This document shows, one piece after another, positions 13,461 to 26,837 of a stretch of DNA of 64,000 nt. The position numbers and the translations under genes are program-made. The DNA comes from Dicyema japonicum (lineage: Eukaryota; Animalia; Dicyemida): contig RDEW01000015.1 in NCBI GenBank assembly GCA_011109175.1, positions 77,277 to 141,276 on the forward strand. The letters run 5' to 3'. Positions within the stretch are counted from its first letter, which is position 1, and each line of letters opens with the position of its first letter. The notes under the pieces were generated by a model that saw only the letters and a list, made by a program, of their open reading frames with translations, ran no database searches and was not told the DNA's origin.

Positions 13461-14377
13461 TCACTTTCGATGTACTGAAGACATAAAAATTCGATTAAAA
13501 AATCTGAGTAATAGTTTTTTAATATTTGTATGATCCCCATATATAATGGCTATAGGGTGTCGTATTTTTAGGCAAAAAAATTCGATATTGGAGCATTCAA
13601 TAGTTTTATAACATCCTGCATTATCAAGTAATAATAACGTTCTTTGTTGAGTAACCAACTTCTCATTTAGCTTGCATAACCAGCTTTTAAAAATGTTCTC
13701 AGTCATCCATGCACTTTTGAAAGCTGAATATAAAACACCAAAATCTGCAACGTCGAAATTTGTGAAACAGAAAGGTTTATTATATTTCCCAATAATCAAT
13801 GGTTCAAGTTTTTCACCCTTATAATTGCAACATAGAAGTACTGTAATTCTTTTTTTGGATTGTTTGTATCCAGATGGTTGATCACTTTCAACAAATGACT
13901 TTATTGGTGTCATTTTTATATAAAGTGATGTTTCATCACAATTGAACACATTTCCTCTTCCATATTTAATAATTTTCTCATCAAATTTATTAAAATAGGC
14001 ATTTATGTGGGATAAATCGCAGGAATCTTATTGTTTTAAATTTAGTTCATGTCTGACCTTAAATCGATCTAGCCTAAAATTAGATCATTTGAAAGAATTA
14101 AATTCAACTTTTGATGCAACAATAAAGCCTTTTTAAATGATTGACCCTTATATTGGAAAATTATGTTCTCTGAGTTTATGGAATATTTTAAATACTTTGT
14201 GATCAAATAATTTATGTCTTTCTGATGTTGTAGTAGTCTCATCTTCAGTGTTAACCCTTCGTGGTCCCCCGGTTTGGGGCTTCAGAAAATTTTTAAATTT
14301 GAAAATTAATGCTGGAAAATAGACTCCAAATGAAAAATGCCCCGAAATGCGAGGGTGCCCGAAATGGAGTCGGACTG
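13461..14377 (-). mobile_element. pogo/Tigger-like DDE transposon, 3'-truncated
   Basis: TA|CAGTCCGACTC terminus at 14377 with repeated CATTTCGGGCA; CENP-B-like HTH remnants; DDE_1 motifs NCDETSLY, RITVLLCCN, PLIIGK, SAWMT, LLLDNA. Confidence 0.85.
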
Positions 14378-14719
14378 TATAGTGATGGAGCTTGAGCAGA
14401 CACAAAAACCAGAATCTCGAATAGTGCAATGCACAAATCGTGATGATGTAAGTCAATAAGTCACCTAATCACGGACTATTCAGAAGAGATGTCATCTTCA
14501 CAGCAAATATAACAATTAACACTACTATACTGTAACCCCATGATAGGAGTAGTCACTCCCTCTTCTAATAAATGATTACATTGGCTGTTTTACCTTACTA
14601 TTATGTTGAGTTCAACGCCAGTTTGTGATTCAATCATATTCACGACTTTTTTAGTTTCTATATTTAACAGCGAATTTACACTTTCATAACCATCATTTTA
14701 GTGAGAGTCAATAATTAAA

Positions 14720-14900
14720 TAATTTAAATGGCGAAGGCGACCTTTGATAATCGAGCCTCTGCTTCAACCAGAGCACCTCCCGTGGCTCACACCTTTTTGA
14801 GGCGAGTTTGCTTCCAATGCTGGAGAGAAAGGCGTCCGTCTTCGCTCCCACGGTTCCAGTTGTCTCCACAGCAATGGGGAAGAAATGGTATTCTCAACCG
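14720..14900 (-). mobile_element. CRE-like 3' fragment
   Basis: FFPIAVETTG...REVLWLKQRL on the minus strand. Confidence 0.7.
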
Positions 14901-15189
14901 GTCACACTATTTTTAATTTTCTAATTAAATAGCTTGTTAAAGATAAAAAAGCCAATTTATTAATTAATAGTAATTGTAATTTTCCCCAATTGTTCCATAA
15001 TTTCTTGGAGACTTTCAGTCCGAAATTATAATATTCCATAAGTGCTTCAGGAAAAAATAATAATGAATTTTAAAGTTTATTTTATCCCCCATATATAGAG
15101 AATGCTCCAAACCGGATTTTTATTGAGGAGGGGTTGTACATTGATTTATGTTAACAGCCTTTCAAAACGTGTATATAAAGCCTGGAGTA

Positions 15190-15630
15190 TATACTCAGCC
15201 ATAATAGAAACTGTTGGCCTGGATAGAGGAGACGGAAAACGTCCCGACGGGATCACAATTTTCCCATCGAAGAGGGGAAACCTTTGGTCTGGGACGCTAC
15301 TTGTGTCGACACGCTTTGCCCGTCCAACATTGTCGGGAGCGCGGTAGACACACTGTATTCCGCGGAAAAAAACGATGAGGGCAAAGGAGAAGAAATACTA
15401 AGCGCTACGCGACCAATTCGCGTTCTATCCGATAGTGGTCGAGACAACTGGAGGAATAAGTGGAAAATCGCTTCGCTTCCTAAAGAAACTTGGACGCTTA
15501 GCTCACTAAAAAGCCACGACGCACGTGAGACCCGGTGTCTTCTCCAGTTGATCCTCTGTTGCAATCGTGAGAGGCAACGCAACGTCGATAATGTTGCCGG
15601 GGTCCACTTTGGATGGATGGCAGTTTTAAA
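15190..15630 (+). mobile_element. CRE-like 3' (RLE) fragment, same family as 21830-25150
   Basis: GLDRGDGKRPDGITIFP; VWDATCVDT; 3' end TTGGATGGATGG. Confidence 0.85.
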
Positions 15631-16139
15631 TAATAAATTTGTGTTGGTATATAAAGACTATTTGAATGTTGATAAGTTCATAACTCTTCAATGTACTCAT
15701 GTAAATTTTAAGAATCCACGAGTTATATTCAAATAACAGGAATATGTTGAAACAACATTGGTTTGAATAATAATTATGAGCTTTTTTGCATTCAAAGTTT
15801 TTACCTATACAAACCTGTCATTTAATTCATACATGTAATAGAAAAGGAGGAGTTAAATCAACTGCCATCTAAATACTATTAGGTTATTGCATCAACATCT
15901 GAATGAAAAGATTTATTATTTATTTTAGTAGTTTTAACAAAAAACAATTAGGTTATCAGGAGGTATTGCTTTATGATCAAAATGGATGTATTAAACGGAA
16001 AACAATTTGAAAATAAATATTTTACTCCCAACGACTTTATTGATGTGATGTTTCCTTTTGGACCGTTATGAGACCAATCGGGTGAGCCTTATTAAAAATA
16101 AAGTATTTTAACATAATTTTGGCGTTCTTGAGACGGACA

Positions 16140-16400
16140 TTTCGCTAGAAGAAAGAATCGTAAAACACAGATTGGCGTTCTTTGGGCATGTTGTCCGCTC
16201 TGACTTCCTGGAAAGAACCATTATGCTGAGCAATATTACTAGGAATAGAAGACCTGGTCAACCGAGGTACTCGGTGGCTATCTACGGTGGAAGACGTCAC
16301 GGGAATGCATACATCAAGGCTACTCAAAATTGCGACGGATCGCGGAGAGTGGAGGAAACTTGTTCATGAGATCTCCAAGGTCGGACACGACTTAACTGAT
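16140..16400 (+). mobile_element. RTE-clade LINE 3' fragment
   Basis: RLAFFGHVVRSDFLERTIML...RRPGQPR. Confidence 0.65.
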
Positions 16401-16519
16401 AACATAACATAATTTTACAATTTTCAATGTTTTTCAGATAACAAAAAAATGACTTTTTGTGAAACCTACAGTCAAGAGACCATAAAGATGAAGAAATATG
16501 TATGTCTTGTTGACAATTC

Positions 16520-16680
16520 ATTTTTAAACCAGTCGCCGTGGAAACGTCAGGAATCATAGAAAGCAGATCACTGGTCCTGCTTAACAGAATCGGATCGCTC
16601 ATCGCGAAGAAGAAAAATAATAGGAGAGAAAGGAGATGGCTCATTGAGCGTAATTCCTTGCAAATCGTCTGGGGAAATTC
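16520..16680 (+). mobile_element. CRE-like 3' fragment
   Basis: KPVAVETSG...RWLIER...GNS. Confidence 0.7.
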
Positions 16681-16859
16681 GTAAAGAAAATAATTATAGA
16701 ATTGGCCAACATATTCTACAGAAACTCAGACAAAGACATGTAATAAAGAGTATTAGTTAATCTGAATAATTTTTTTTAAAATAGTTTTTTTAAATTTAAC
16801 CCCGACTTAGCTACTTTGTAAGAGAATAGAGGCATCCCAAGTTATTTATTTATTTATTT

Positions 16860-17290
16860 TAATAACCCGGGAACACCAAGAAAGAAAGACAAAAGATTCA
16901 AACAATTAGGTGATCCCAGTCCCCGCAATCAATTGTGCCATTCGACGTCTGTGATCTTCCATTGTCTCCACTACTTTCCGGAAGAGTCTTCTCTCGGTCT
17001 TGCAGAGGAATCCGATCGGGGAGGAGAATTTCTTATTCAATCGGTTTTCTCTTGCCATGGAAATGATCAGGCGAGGCGGGTTTCCATCTTCCTCATTTTC
17101 CTCACAGACGCGAAGAAATCTGGAAATACGGATTTTAGCTTCCATGAGTAGTGGGTCGACTGTTGATCCATTACGTGGACAAAGCATACTGATCGTTTTT
17201 TGGTGTATTGAGTTGACTCTGTGGACCATAGGCTCCGATAACACGAATCTCCATGCAACGGAGGCATACTCAAGGCATACTCAATCATCC
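16860..17290 (-). mobile_element. 3' fragment of 'GIT*' LINE group
   Basis: EYASVAW-type post-RT motif; ORF ends AGTGIT*; 3' stem-loop and TAAA-rich tail. Confidence 0.75.
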
Positions 17291-18094
17291 CAAGTTATTA
17301 GTTAACTCACTCACTTATTAGTTAATTATTAAAATAAATTAATATTAAAATAATTTTTAAAATTTAAATAATTCACGTTGATGTTGAACCTTAGTTATTT
17401 CCACCAAATATTAGAGATTGTAGAAGAAATTGACTCTGATGATAAGAATGGTAATAATCCATAACTATATTAGTCATACTCAACAACGCCAGTGCTGAAT
17501 TATCCAAACAAATATTAGTCGTTAAAGAACAGTCGGTCAGCAAAGTGGCAAATCTGATCGCCAAGTATTGTGACTTAAAGAATCTCGAAAATCTAATTAA
17601 ATCCGTCCTCAATTCAATCCATGTGCTAATTTACAACAAACACGCCTGTTTCTTCATTCAGAATTTACTACAAAATATTTCCCTTAAAATTAAAGGTCCT
17701 TTTTTGTGACATTTTAGAACTAAACGAGGATAAAACCATAGAAAGGCTAATTTTGAAAACATTCAAGGCGTTTTCTTACGACATTATTGGCCTGTCTTGC
17801 CATGTGTATTCATGCCACGTGCTAAGGGAGTTTATATGCCTGCTTGCGGGGGTCAGATATGAGGAAGCTTTGATTTCTGCCCGATTTCCTATATTTAACC
17901 AAGGTTTGTCATATTCTATAATTTCAGCCGGAATCGCCCAAACTAGCCCATCTAGCCCACTCTGTCTTAAATACTTGAATCTCCTAGTTAGAAAGCTTAG
18001 TAATGACACTCTAATGNTTTGATTTCTGCCCGATTTCCTACATTTAACCAGGGTTTGTCATATTCTATAATTTCAGCCAGAATCGCCCAAACTG

Positions 18095-18593
18095 NNNNNN
18101 NNNNNNNNNNNNNNNNNNNNNNNNNNNNNNNNNNNNNNNNNNNNNNNNNNNNNNNNNNNNNNNNNNNNNNNNNNNNNNNNNNNNNNNNNNNNNNNNNNNN
18201 NNNNNNNNNNNNNNNNNNNNNNNNNNNNNNNNNNNNNNNNNNNNNNNNNNNNNNNNNNNNNNNNNNNNNNNNNNNNNNNNNNNNNNNNNNNNNNNNNNNN
18301 NNNNNNNNNNNNNNNNNNNNNNNNNNNNNNNNNNNNNNNNNNNNNNNNNNNNNNNNNNNNNNNNNNNNNNNNNNNNNNNNNNNNNNNNNNNNNNNNNNNN
18401 NNNNNNNNNNNNNNNNNNNNNNNNNNNNNNNNNNNNNNNNNNNNNNNNNNNNNNNNNNNNNNNNNNNNNNNNNNNNNNNNNNNNNNNNNNNNNNNNNNNN
18501 NNNNNNNNNNNNNNNNNNNNNNNNNNNNNNNNNNNNNNNNNNNNNNNNNNNNNNNNNNNNNNNNNNNNNNNNNNNNNNNNNNNNNNNNNNNNN
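18095..18593. other. Assembly gap (N run)
   Basis: Run of N; the left flank duplicates 17868-17945. Confidence 0.99.
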
Positions 18594-18788
18594 ACGAATG
18601 ATTCATCACTGCTGCATCACTCACTCAGGAACTCATACATTTCTCGGTTTAGTTACTTCTCCGTTTATCCAGCGTTATTAACTAAATAATTTTTGAACTA
18701 AAAATTAATATTAATTAAATTAAAAATAATTTATAAATTAAAATAAATATTATAAAATTTAAATTTTGGCACCGATTTAGCTCTGCGA

Positions 18789-19489
18789 ATGGTTGAGCTT
18801 ATTTTCATAATTATTTAAATAATAGTATATAAATACAATGATGAAGCATATTTTCATAAATTTAATTTATCAGCTAATATTTAGACTGACAGATTCACAT
18901 CGGAACAAGTAGCAGGTTCACTCATAATATTGACCTTCAGAGTTTAGAGAGGCCTTCTCTCTTTTCGACAAGGATTGCGACGGAGTCATAGACGTGAATG
19001 AGCTAAACATCGTCATGAAGTCCTTAGGACAGAATCCCACAGAGGCCGAACTAAAGGATCTGATGGACAGTTTGAATGGTTGCTTTTTCCCTGACTTTAG
19101 GCGGAGATTCTATAAATTTCGAGGTCTTTCTAAAACTGATGGGCGAGAAGCTGAACGCGTCCGACCCACTGGACGATATTAAGGCGGCCTTTAGAATGTT
19201 CGATAAATTTCGAGGTCTTTCTGAAACTGATGGGCGAGAAGCTGAACGCGTCCGACCCACTGGACGATATTAAGGCGGCCTTTAGAATGTTCGACCAGGA
19301 CGGTAATGGAAGCATAAGTGCGAGTGAGCTGAGGGCTGTATTGACTAATATGGGAGAGAATCTCACCGACGAGGACATCGATTCTATGATTAAAGAAGTT
19401 GATGTGGATGGAGATGGACAGATTGACTATGATGGTCTGATTTGCTGCTTATTGGGGTAGAATTTTTGAATATGATGACGGAGAAGTAG
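18789..19489 (+). CDS. Calmodulin-like EF-hand protein
   Basis: M|[25 protein letters not shown]...[10 protein letters not shown]...[15 protein letters not shown]...[22 protein letters not shown]. Introns 18792-18884, 18916-18940, 19079-19100, 19435-19460. A 91-nt tandem duplication (19113-19294) breaks the frame. Confidence 0.88.
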
Positions 19490-20399
19490 CATCTATAACA
19501 GTGCTTACTAACTTATCTAACATCTTTTTTAGATTACTTCGTTATCTCTCTTTTTTTGCACCACAAGGATTAATACTTTTAATTAAGCGGGATTTTTAGT
19601 CAATATTTAATAGAAATAGTGACTTGAATTAAAGCGGGTTTTTTTAGTTTTACATGTTTTGATTGATTAATTAAATTGGTATTTATTAAATAATTATTAG
19701 ACTATAGAATTTGGATAATGAGTTTAAATTAGTTAATAAAGTAAAATGATTAAACTTTTATTAACCATATTTAACTTGCTTTAATTTTCAATTTTATCAT
19801 TTAGAATTCTGAGGATATCAGATTTTGATGTCCATGTAATAAATATTTATGAGACATGTTGCTGTCAATGATCATATTTAATTAATCACAATTGTGTTTA
19901 GTCATTTCATTTATGATGACGTCATAATTTAAATATGTATTGTCTTCAATTAATCAAGCATTATACTTTTTATATGTCATTGGGTATATGACATCGAAAG
20001 TGAATAACCAGATTCGGGAAACCGATTGGCTTTTCCAAAGGATTTCTCTGACAGTTTTAAGGAATTCTTTCAGCTTGATTATTTTGTTACGTACTAAATT
20101 GTCTGATTGTTTTGTTAGGTTTATCGATCGAAATTAAATACAAGATAACAAATAATATTAATAACTAATTGCTTGATTAAACATGATAATAACTTTAGTA
20201 ACAATCATTTATAGTTTGTAGGATTATTTATAGTTTTGTAGAGACGATTGTAATTTTACTCATGGTACATGTTAATCCTTTAACTATGTTTTTTAAATTA
20301 AATTATTAACCCCAGATTCCCTAACAAAGTGGAAAACTGGAATCGTCAAAAAAACACGCCGCTAGACAGGACGCTCCCAGAGATCCACTACTTTGACGT

Positions 20400-21450
20400 A
20401 GAGCCCTGCATGTCCAGTGAAAGCAAAAAGATCCAGAATCTCTCTCCCAACAAGAGACGGATAATGTCCACATCTTAAACGAGAAAGCTCCACAATCATG
20501 CCCCTCGGAAGAAGCAGTTCTGAAGCGATAATATCAGGAGATTCAGTATTATGTTCTCTTCAAGGATTCATATCGAACGCATAGATACAAATTCAAATAT
20601 ACATTTTGTCTAAGTTTGGTCTTTTTTTCAGAGATGGGATTATATTATTCTTTGGAAATCAGTAAATGTTCTCTGAATGTGTCTTCATTGTATAGTAGCA
20701 CTTACCACAAGGGCATAGGGAGCTACTTGTCACTAAGTACATTTAAGTATTGTTTGCCCCTACTAACCTTGATCCTTAAATCAGGCTGGTCTGTTGTTCG
20801 TTGGGTCAATCCACTGTGAAATATGTCCTTGTGTAGGTCTACTCGGTCGTTGCCTTGTTTCTTTAGGATTGTATCCTTCTAGTAAAGACCCACGAATGCT
20901 TTTAAGAAATTCGAGTTTAAATTTTGTTGACATTAACAGAAAAATAGTGTATTTCCACAGCAAATTATCAGACTCTATCAAGTATTGAGGATCACTTCCA
21001 TAATATGCGAATGGTGTCAGTAGTATTGAATTTCACTTTATCAACAGTTTTCATTATCAAGTGTAAAGTGCTTTCAGAAACAGTTATATGTTTCCACGAT
21101 TTATTAAGAGATTTCTCATTGAGGGGCTGGTCTTATTTTCAGAATGAGCATGTATTCATCTGCAACTCGGTTGGTTTCTCTTACGGCAAATTCCCAAAAC
21201 TGTTATCTCAAAAAAAGAAAGACGTCAATCGGTGAGCTCGTATATAAATTTTCTGTTAACCTAATTTTGTGTGTTCAGTTATCGATTTGTGCTTGTTTTC
21301 TGTTACATTGCAACTAATCCTCGTAATAATTTCAAAGTAAAGAATTATTAGGATTATCACCAGCATCTCATCCAAAGAAATTATGGATTACACATGTACT
21401 CGTGTTTTTACTGAAAATTCTTTCTTCGTTTTCATTCTCAAAATTTCCAA
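20400..21450 (-). mobile_element. Possible degenerate Penelope-like element
   Basis: Weak remnants resembling the KPT...QP RT thumb and a CGKCY GIY-YIG-adjacent motif; many stops. Confidence 0.3.
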
Positions 21451-21829
21451 CACAATAGTTCAATAGTCTTTCTTCAAACAGATCCCAACCGTGAGGCGAT
21501 GAGTCCTTCTGGCACGACACAGTAGTTGAAGGGGAAGTGATGTCCGCGACGGTAGGACGTTCAATGAAAATGGAAGAGGGTGTACCTACTTCACCTCTCT
21601 TTGGAAGCCTGTAATGGACTATTGGAGGAAAGATTTGTTCTACACAAACAGAAGTTCTCCTAAGATATTAATCCTGGGGTTAATAAATAAAATAGTCTAA
21701 CAACACTTTGGAACCTTTTAACACAATAAAAATCCTTTGTCGCAAAATTTCACTTCCCGTAGTTAAAGTGTTAATCAATTTAAATTTTAACAAGTATTTA
21801 GAACGCATAAATAATTAATTAACACAACC

Positions 21830-24800
21830 ATCCATCCAATGAGGACCCCGCCGACATTAACGACGTTGCGTTGCTTCTCACGATTGCAACAGATCAATTA
21901 AAGAAGCCACCTGGTCTCACGCGCGTCGTGGCTTTATAGTGTAGCTTAGTACGCAAGTTTCTTTAGGAAGAGAAGCGATTTTCCACTTATTCCTCCAGTT
22001 GTCTCGACCACAATCGGATAGAACGCGAATCGGTCGCGTAGCGTTTCGTACCACCTGGTCTCACGCGCGTCGTGGCTATATAGTGTAGCTTAGTACGCAA
22101 GTTTCTTTAGGAAGAGAAGCGATTTTCCACTTATTCCTCCAGTTGTCTCGACCACAATCGGATAGAACGCGAATCGGTCGCGTAGCGTTTCGCATTTCTT
22201 CTCCTTTGCCCTCATTGTTTTTTTACAAGACATACATTGTGTCTACCGCGCTCCCGAGAATGTTGGACGGGCAAAGTGGGTCGACACAAGTAGCGTCCCA
22301 GACCAAAGGTTTCCCCTCTTCGAATGGAAAAATTGTGATCCCGTCGGGACGTTTTCCGTCTCCTCTGTCAAGACCAACAGGTTCATCTATGGTGTGGTGT
22401 CCCACAGAGTCCAGGGCTCGCTTGACAATTCCGTTGATCGCCTGTGTCTTGGGAATCGTCCTGCACTTTTTCGACACGAGAGGGCATGGTGTCCATAACA
22501 ATCAACGGTGGAGAAGCCTATGCGCACAGTATCGTCGTCAAAGTGGGTCCCGACAGAACCAACGGGGAGTGCATTGATTCAAGCGCCAGGCACGTCNTCC
22601 ATAACAATCAACGGTGGTGCCAAACCGGCATTTGTGAGTCCGGCAAATTTCCAGTCCAAATCTGGTAAAGAAGCCGATGTGGACAATATCGTTGTCAAAG
22701 TAGGCCCCGACACTACCAACGGGGAGTGCATTGATCCAAGCGTCAGGCACGTATGTGTTGGTTTGATTGGTTCAGAAGCCTCTCATATTTATCTTCACAG
22801 ATGGTCCTGTAACGGTCTTTCTGCTCAAGCATCATCCCTTTCAATTGCTCCATATCTGTGATTTCAGATGATTCTGTTTGGAGTTGGAGAATTATCCTGA
22901 TCAGCAGTCGGCTGGAGCCCAAAGAGGACAGATACGCGGGGCAAGCCAGATCTTTCGGTGAAGGGATTCCCAGTCCGCCCAGGCTAACGGGTAGGGTCGC
23001 TTGGTCCCACCCTTGGTTGTCAAATTTCACATTTGTGATACGCTCAATAATGGCCCGGAAGAAGGAATTGATAGCATCGAGCTGTTGCATTTTCAGGTAG
23101 CAGGGTGCCCCCCGAAGAACGTAGTTCAGGCGTTTCTCAGCAGGAATAGGAAAGTATGTGCGTCCAGCATCTCCAGACGTCTGAATGTTGTTTTTAGTTG
23201 GTGTTCTTTTGTTCTTAGAGTGTTACTGATTCCAGCATCAGTAAGAGGGTATCCTAGTATTTCCAGTTGTTCTGATTTGGTTTCTGTGGCTTTCGGAATG
23301 ATCTCTCTGAACATATCAAGGATCAAATCCCATTCAGCCTGTGGAAATCAAAAATTGATAATTTCACACTTCGTGGTGTTTAGAGTTAGGCATAGGGATT
23401 CCATTTGGACTATCAGACTTTTCAAACAATCTAGTACATCCTTCGGATGGCCGCCCATAGTGCAATCATCCAGATACCATACTCTTAGAGGAGTGGAACA
23501 ATATCCTGTGATACGAACAATTCCCAGGCTGAACAAGGCAGGCCCCAGTGGGTCTCCTTGTTGGACTCCAGAAGACAATGGGATGTAGTATTGACCATGT
23601 ACCAGACTGGATTGTTTTCNTGCATCCAAATACCATACTCTCAAAGGAGTGGAGCAGTATCCTGTGATACGGGCAATTCCCAGGCTGATCAAGGCGGGCC
23701 CCAGTGAGTCCTTGTTGGACATCAGAAGAAGATGGAATGTAATATTGGCCGTGTACCAGACTGGATGGTTTTCCGTACGAACTATGAATATAGCTGTACA
23801 TTGATGGGTAGTATGTGAAGCAATCCTCCAGAATTGTATCACGTCGTATCGAGTTAAAGGCATTTTTATTGTCAATTTTGACGACTACGTGAAGAATGTT
23901 CACGTTTTTTTCGGTGAATGTTCGGGCAGCATGAACTGCCGCTTCACAACCCCCCGGTGTGCCGACCCCTATTTGGGTTGGTTGTAGCTGTGTTATCAGC
24001 GTAGGTAGGATTGCTCTGCATACAAGCTTTGAGGCCAACCGACGGAAGACCAGTCCGACTGCAATAGGGCGTATTCCACCTTCCTTCTTGTCGAATGCGA
24101 TTAACTTTGCGGAGAACATTACGTGTCGAATTGTTTCTGGTAGTGTTCCTGATAGCATCCTGTTCATTAGTTTGTGAAAGCCAACACGAGCCGGACCCCA
24201 GAGTTGCCCATATTATGAGCAATGAGATCTTTGATGTGACCCGGACGGAGCCCATCTAGTCCTCAACTGCTACTCGGACGAAAGAGAGAATCCCATCTTT
24301 TACATCCTCTTCAGAGATAATTAGATTAGGTAATTGTCCTGGGCAAGAGGGAACCCGGTGGTCGTTGGAGAGACTTGGGTGTCGCTCAACAAGTGATGCG
24401 TAGGACTGTTCAGACGGCTCAATTATACATTGTTGATCTGCAAGGATCCTCACCGCAGCACGGATACCACCTTCCGAAAGTTTTCGACAGATCGCACTTC
24501 TTAATCTCTGAGTGTCCGAGATAGTCGATGTTGGCTTCTCATGGTTTTGAAATTTGTAGGTGAGCTTTTCTGAGTCTGCCAATAGGTTCCTTGAGAAGAA
24601 TGTGTGGACATTCTCCTTTACTAATGACGTAAGTGATTTCTCTTCTTTTCCCTTCCTATGGGGTATGCATAATATGAATGAAGCAAAGCAAAATAATTGT
24701 ACCCATTCATCAGAGTCGTCCGAAGAAACTGCCCTTTCAATACACTCAAATAGGCAGTTTGCGACAGATATACGGGCAGCTTTGGGGATCCTAATCAGGA

Positions 24801-25150
24801 GTCTTCGTGTGTGTGTCAGGTTGGAGATCAATTCAAGTATTTCCTGATGGTCTAGTGGAACATGTTCAGAAGGGTAGCGTAGGGAAGAGTTTGTCGTATT
24901 ATCTGGTAAGAGACAAGATCGACAGTGCCAATCGGAAATGGCAGCCAGGGCTCTTTTAGTCATTCCGGCACAGGACATGTGGAAACCATACGAACATGCT
25001 GTGCAATGGATCATCCGCTTTCTTTTGTTCATTATGTTGCACTTTGTGCAGATCTCATCTTCTTTTACAGTTTTCTGCATGTTTTTTTCTGATTTTCCTT
25101 TCTTATTCTCTTCTTTTTCTCTTCTTTTAGCAACACGACGACATTTAAAT
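21830..25150 (-). mobile_element. Near full-length CRE-like (RLE-type) non-LTR retrotransposon: PHD finger, RT, CCHC, RLE
   Basis: PHD C-x2-C...HCTAC...FHMSC...WHCRSC; RT GGIRPIAVG, QIGVG, NAFNS, QQGDPLGP, WYLDD; RLE RPDG/VWDATCVD. Frameshifts and assembly duplications present. Confidence 0.92.
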
Positions 25151-25310
25151 AAGTGAAATCAATTAGTAAAACATCACTTATAGAAGTCAAAAAAGATGAA
25201 GTAACTGATAAGTGACTAATGATAAAAGAATATGATAAAATTTTAAATTTGTCCATAAAAAAATTTTTTAATAAATATTTTTCCTAAAAATAATTTTCGA
25301 AAAGAAAACT

Positions 25311-25382
25311 AGGCCCCAGAGGGAGTCGAACCCTCGACCCTTGGTTTACAAGACCAATGCTCTACCACTGAGCTATAAGGCC
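25311..25382 (-). tRNA. tRNA-Thr (anticodon TGT)
   Basis: GGCCTTA-TA-GCTCAGTGGTAGAGC-A-TTGGT CT TGT AA ACCAA-GGGTC-GAGGG TTCGACT CCCTC-TGGGGCC-T. Full cloverleaf; TTTT terminator follows. Confidence 0.96.
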
Positions 25383-26837
25383 ATAATTCATATATTCAAA
25401 ATTATTTAAAAAAAACTTTTGCTTAATATAAATCCTAATCAATATATTTATTCAATGCTTTTATTGAAAATTATATTTATTCTTAATAGAATATGCCAAC
25501 AATTTAATTTGAATTTGAATAATGTACTGTAAATCATTTATTGTATCATTATATTCAAACAATGGAGGCAATTTCAGAAGAGGAAAGGAAAAAGACCCCC
25601 GACCGTATAGAAAATGCGTGGGATCACAGTCGGAGCATCGAGAAAAAATGGCCCGATTATTGAGAGATGCCGGGATCACCTGAATATTAGTTATTGGTTA
25701 AGACGGTGTTTCTATGGCTTAAATAATAATAATAATAATTATATTCAAACAAAAAGTGTTCTGTTACTAACCCGTACTATTCTTTTATACTATGTCAGAA
25801 TTGGAGTAATCACATTAATTGGTTTAAGGTTATCCCATAACATTTGGCTTCAATAACTAACCAATAATTCCCTTGTTCTCCATTAGCTTCTCTGCAAGTT
25901 TCTATATCCTATTTTTTTTGAATCCAATAAAGGGTATTAAAGGTTACATCCATATTGAAAATATATAAACATTAAGTGTATTAGAACTACACCATTGTGC
26001 ACTAAAACTTACTCAGAGCTTTACCATATTACATTAATCACCTCATTATAGCTTAAAAGTAATTAATTATATTAATTAACTGCTGGTTATTTGAGCGAAT
26101 CTCGCTCGCTATACTGAGAAAGAATAGCCACGCAGTCATGGCAGCCGCTATATAACCGTTTACTCTCTTTTCTTTAATAAAAATTTTGTTTTAAAAAAAA
26201 CTAACGTCAAAAATAATTAAATTATTTTGGGAACTTGAATGTTTAGGCAGTTTTTTCTGACAATAGCTATCTAGATACGATCTCAAAACCATCCAGTTTC
26301 ACATAATCATTGATGACCCTTTGAAGTCGATCCTACATACTACACGTCCACTTGTGGGTCAAGGATTCCTTTACGTAAAAGGGACAAACAAATGATCCTC
26401 CAAAATCTCTTCTGATCCTCGGCTTGTTTTAAAAAATACCTGGGTCGAGACTGAGGCGGGTAAATTTTTTTGAGATTACGTATCAACACACGTAACTTCC
26501 CAAGCCGGATTCAGACCATTAGCAAAAGGGAATGTTGTCATACGGAGGTGTGCCATCACTCCGGATGAAATCAGTCGACTCCAAAATGCAGTCGTAGTTA
26601 GGAGGAGAAAGTACGTTTTTAACGTCACGTTGAGACATGAATGCTTTGGAAAATGTCCGCAACGACATTTTCACTCAGCACAGAAATTAATTATTAAAAA
26701 AATTAAACCATTTATTTTTTAAAGAGAATAATTTAGTTCTCGAATTATAAATTAACACAATCAAGTAAATCAAAATTATCAGCATTCCTAACGGAAAAGG
26801 TTTTTCTAGTTTTTTACTTTGAAATAAAATAAAATAA

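Noticed and set aside
18019-18681. Long ORFs of 220 and 183 aa
   Set aside because: Artefacts of translating through the N gap.
21905-23780. Tandem duplications within the CRE element (about 21905-22190, 22490-22750, 23470-23770) and at 17868-18094
   Set aside because: Several junctions carry a single 'n' or border the gap, and copies differ by few bases: probably haplotype or contig overlap artefacts.
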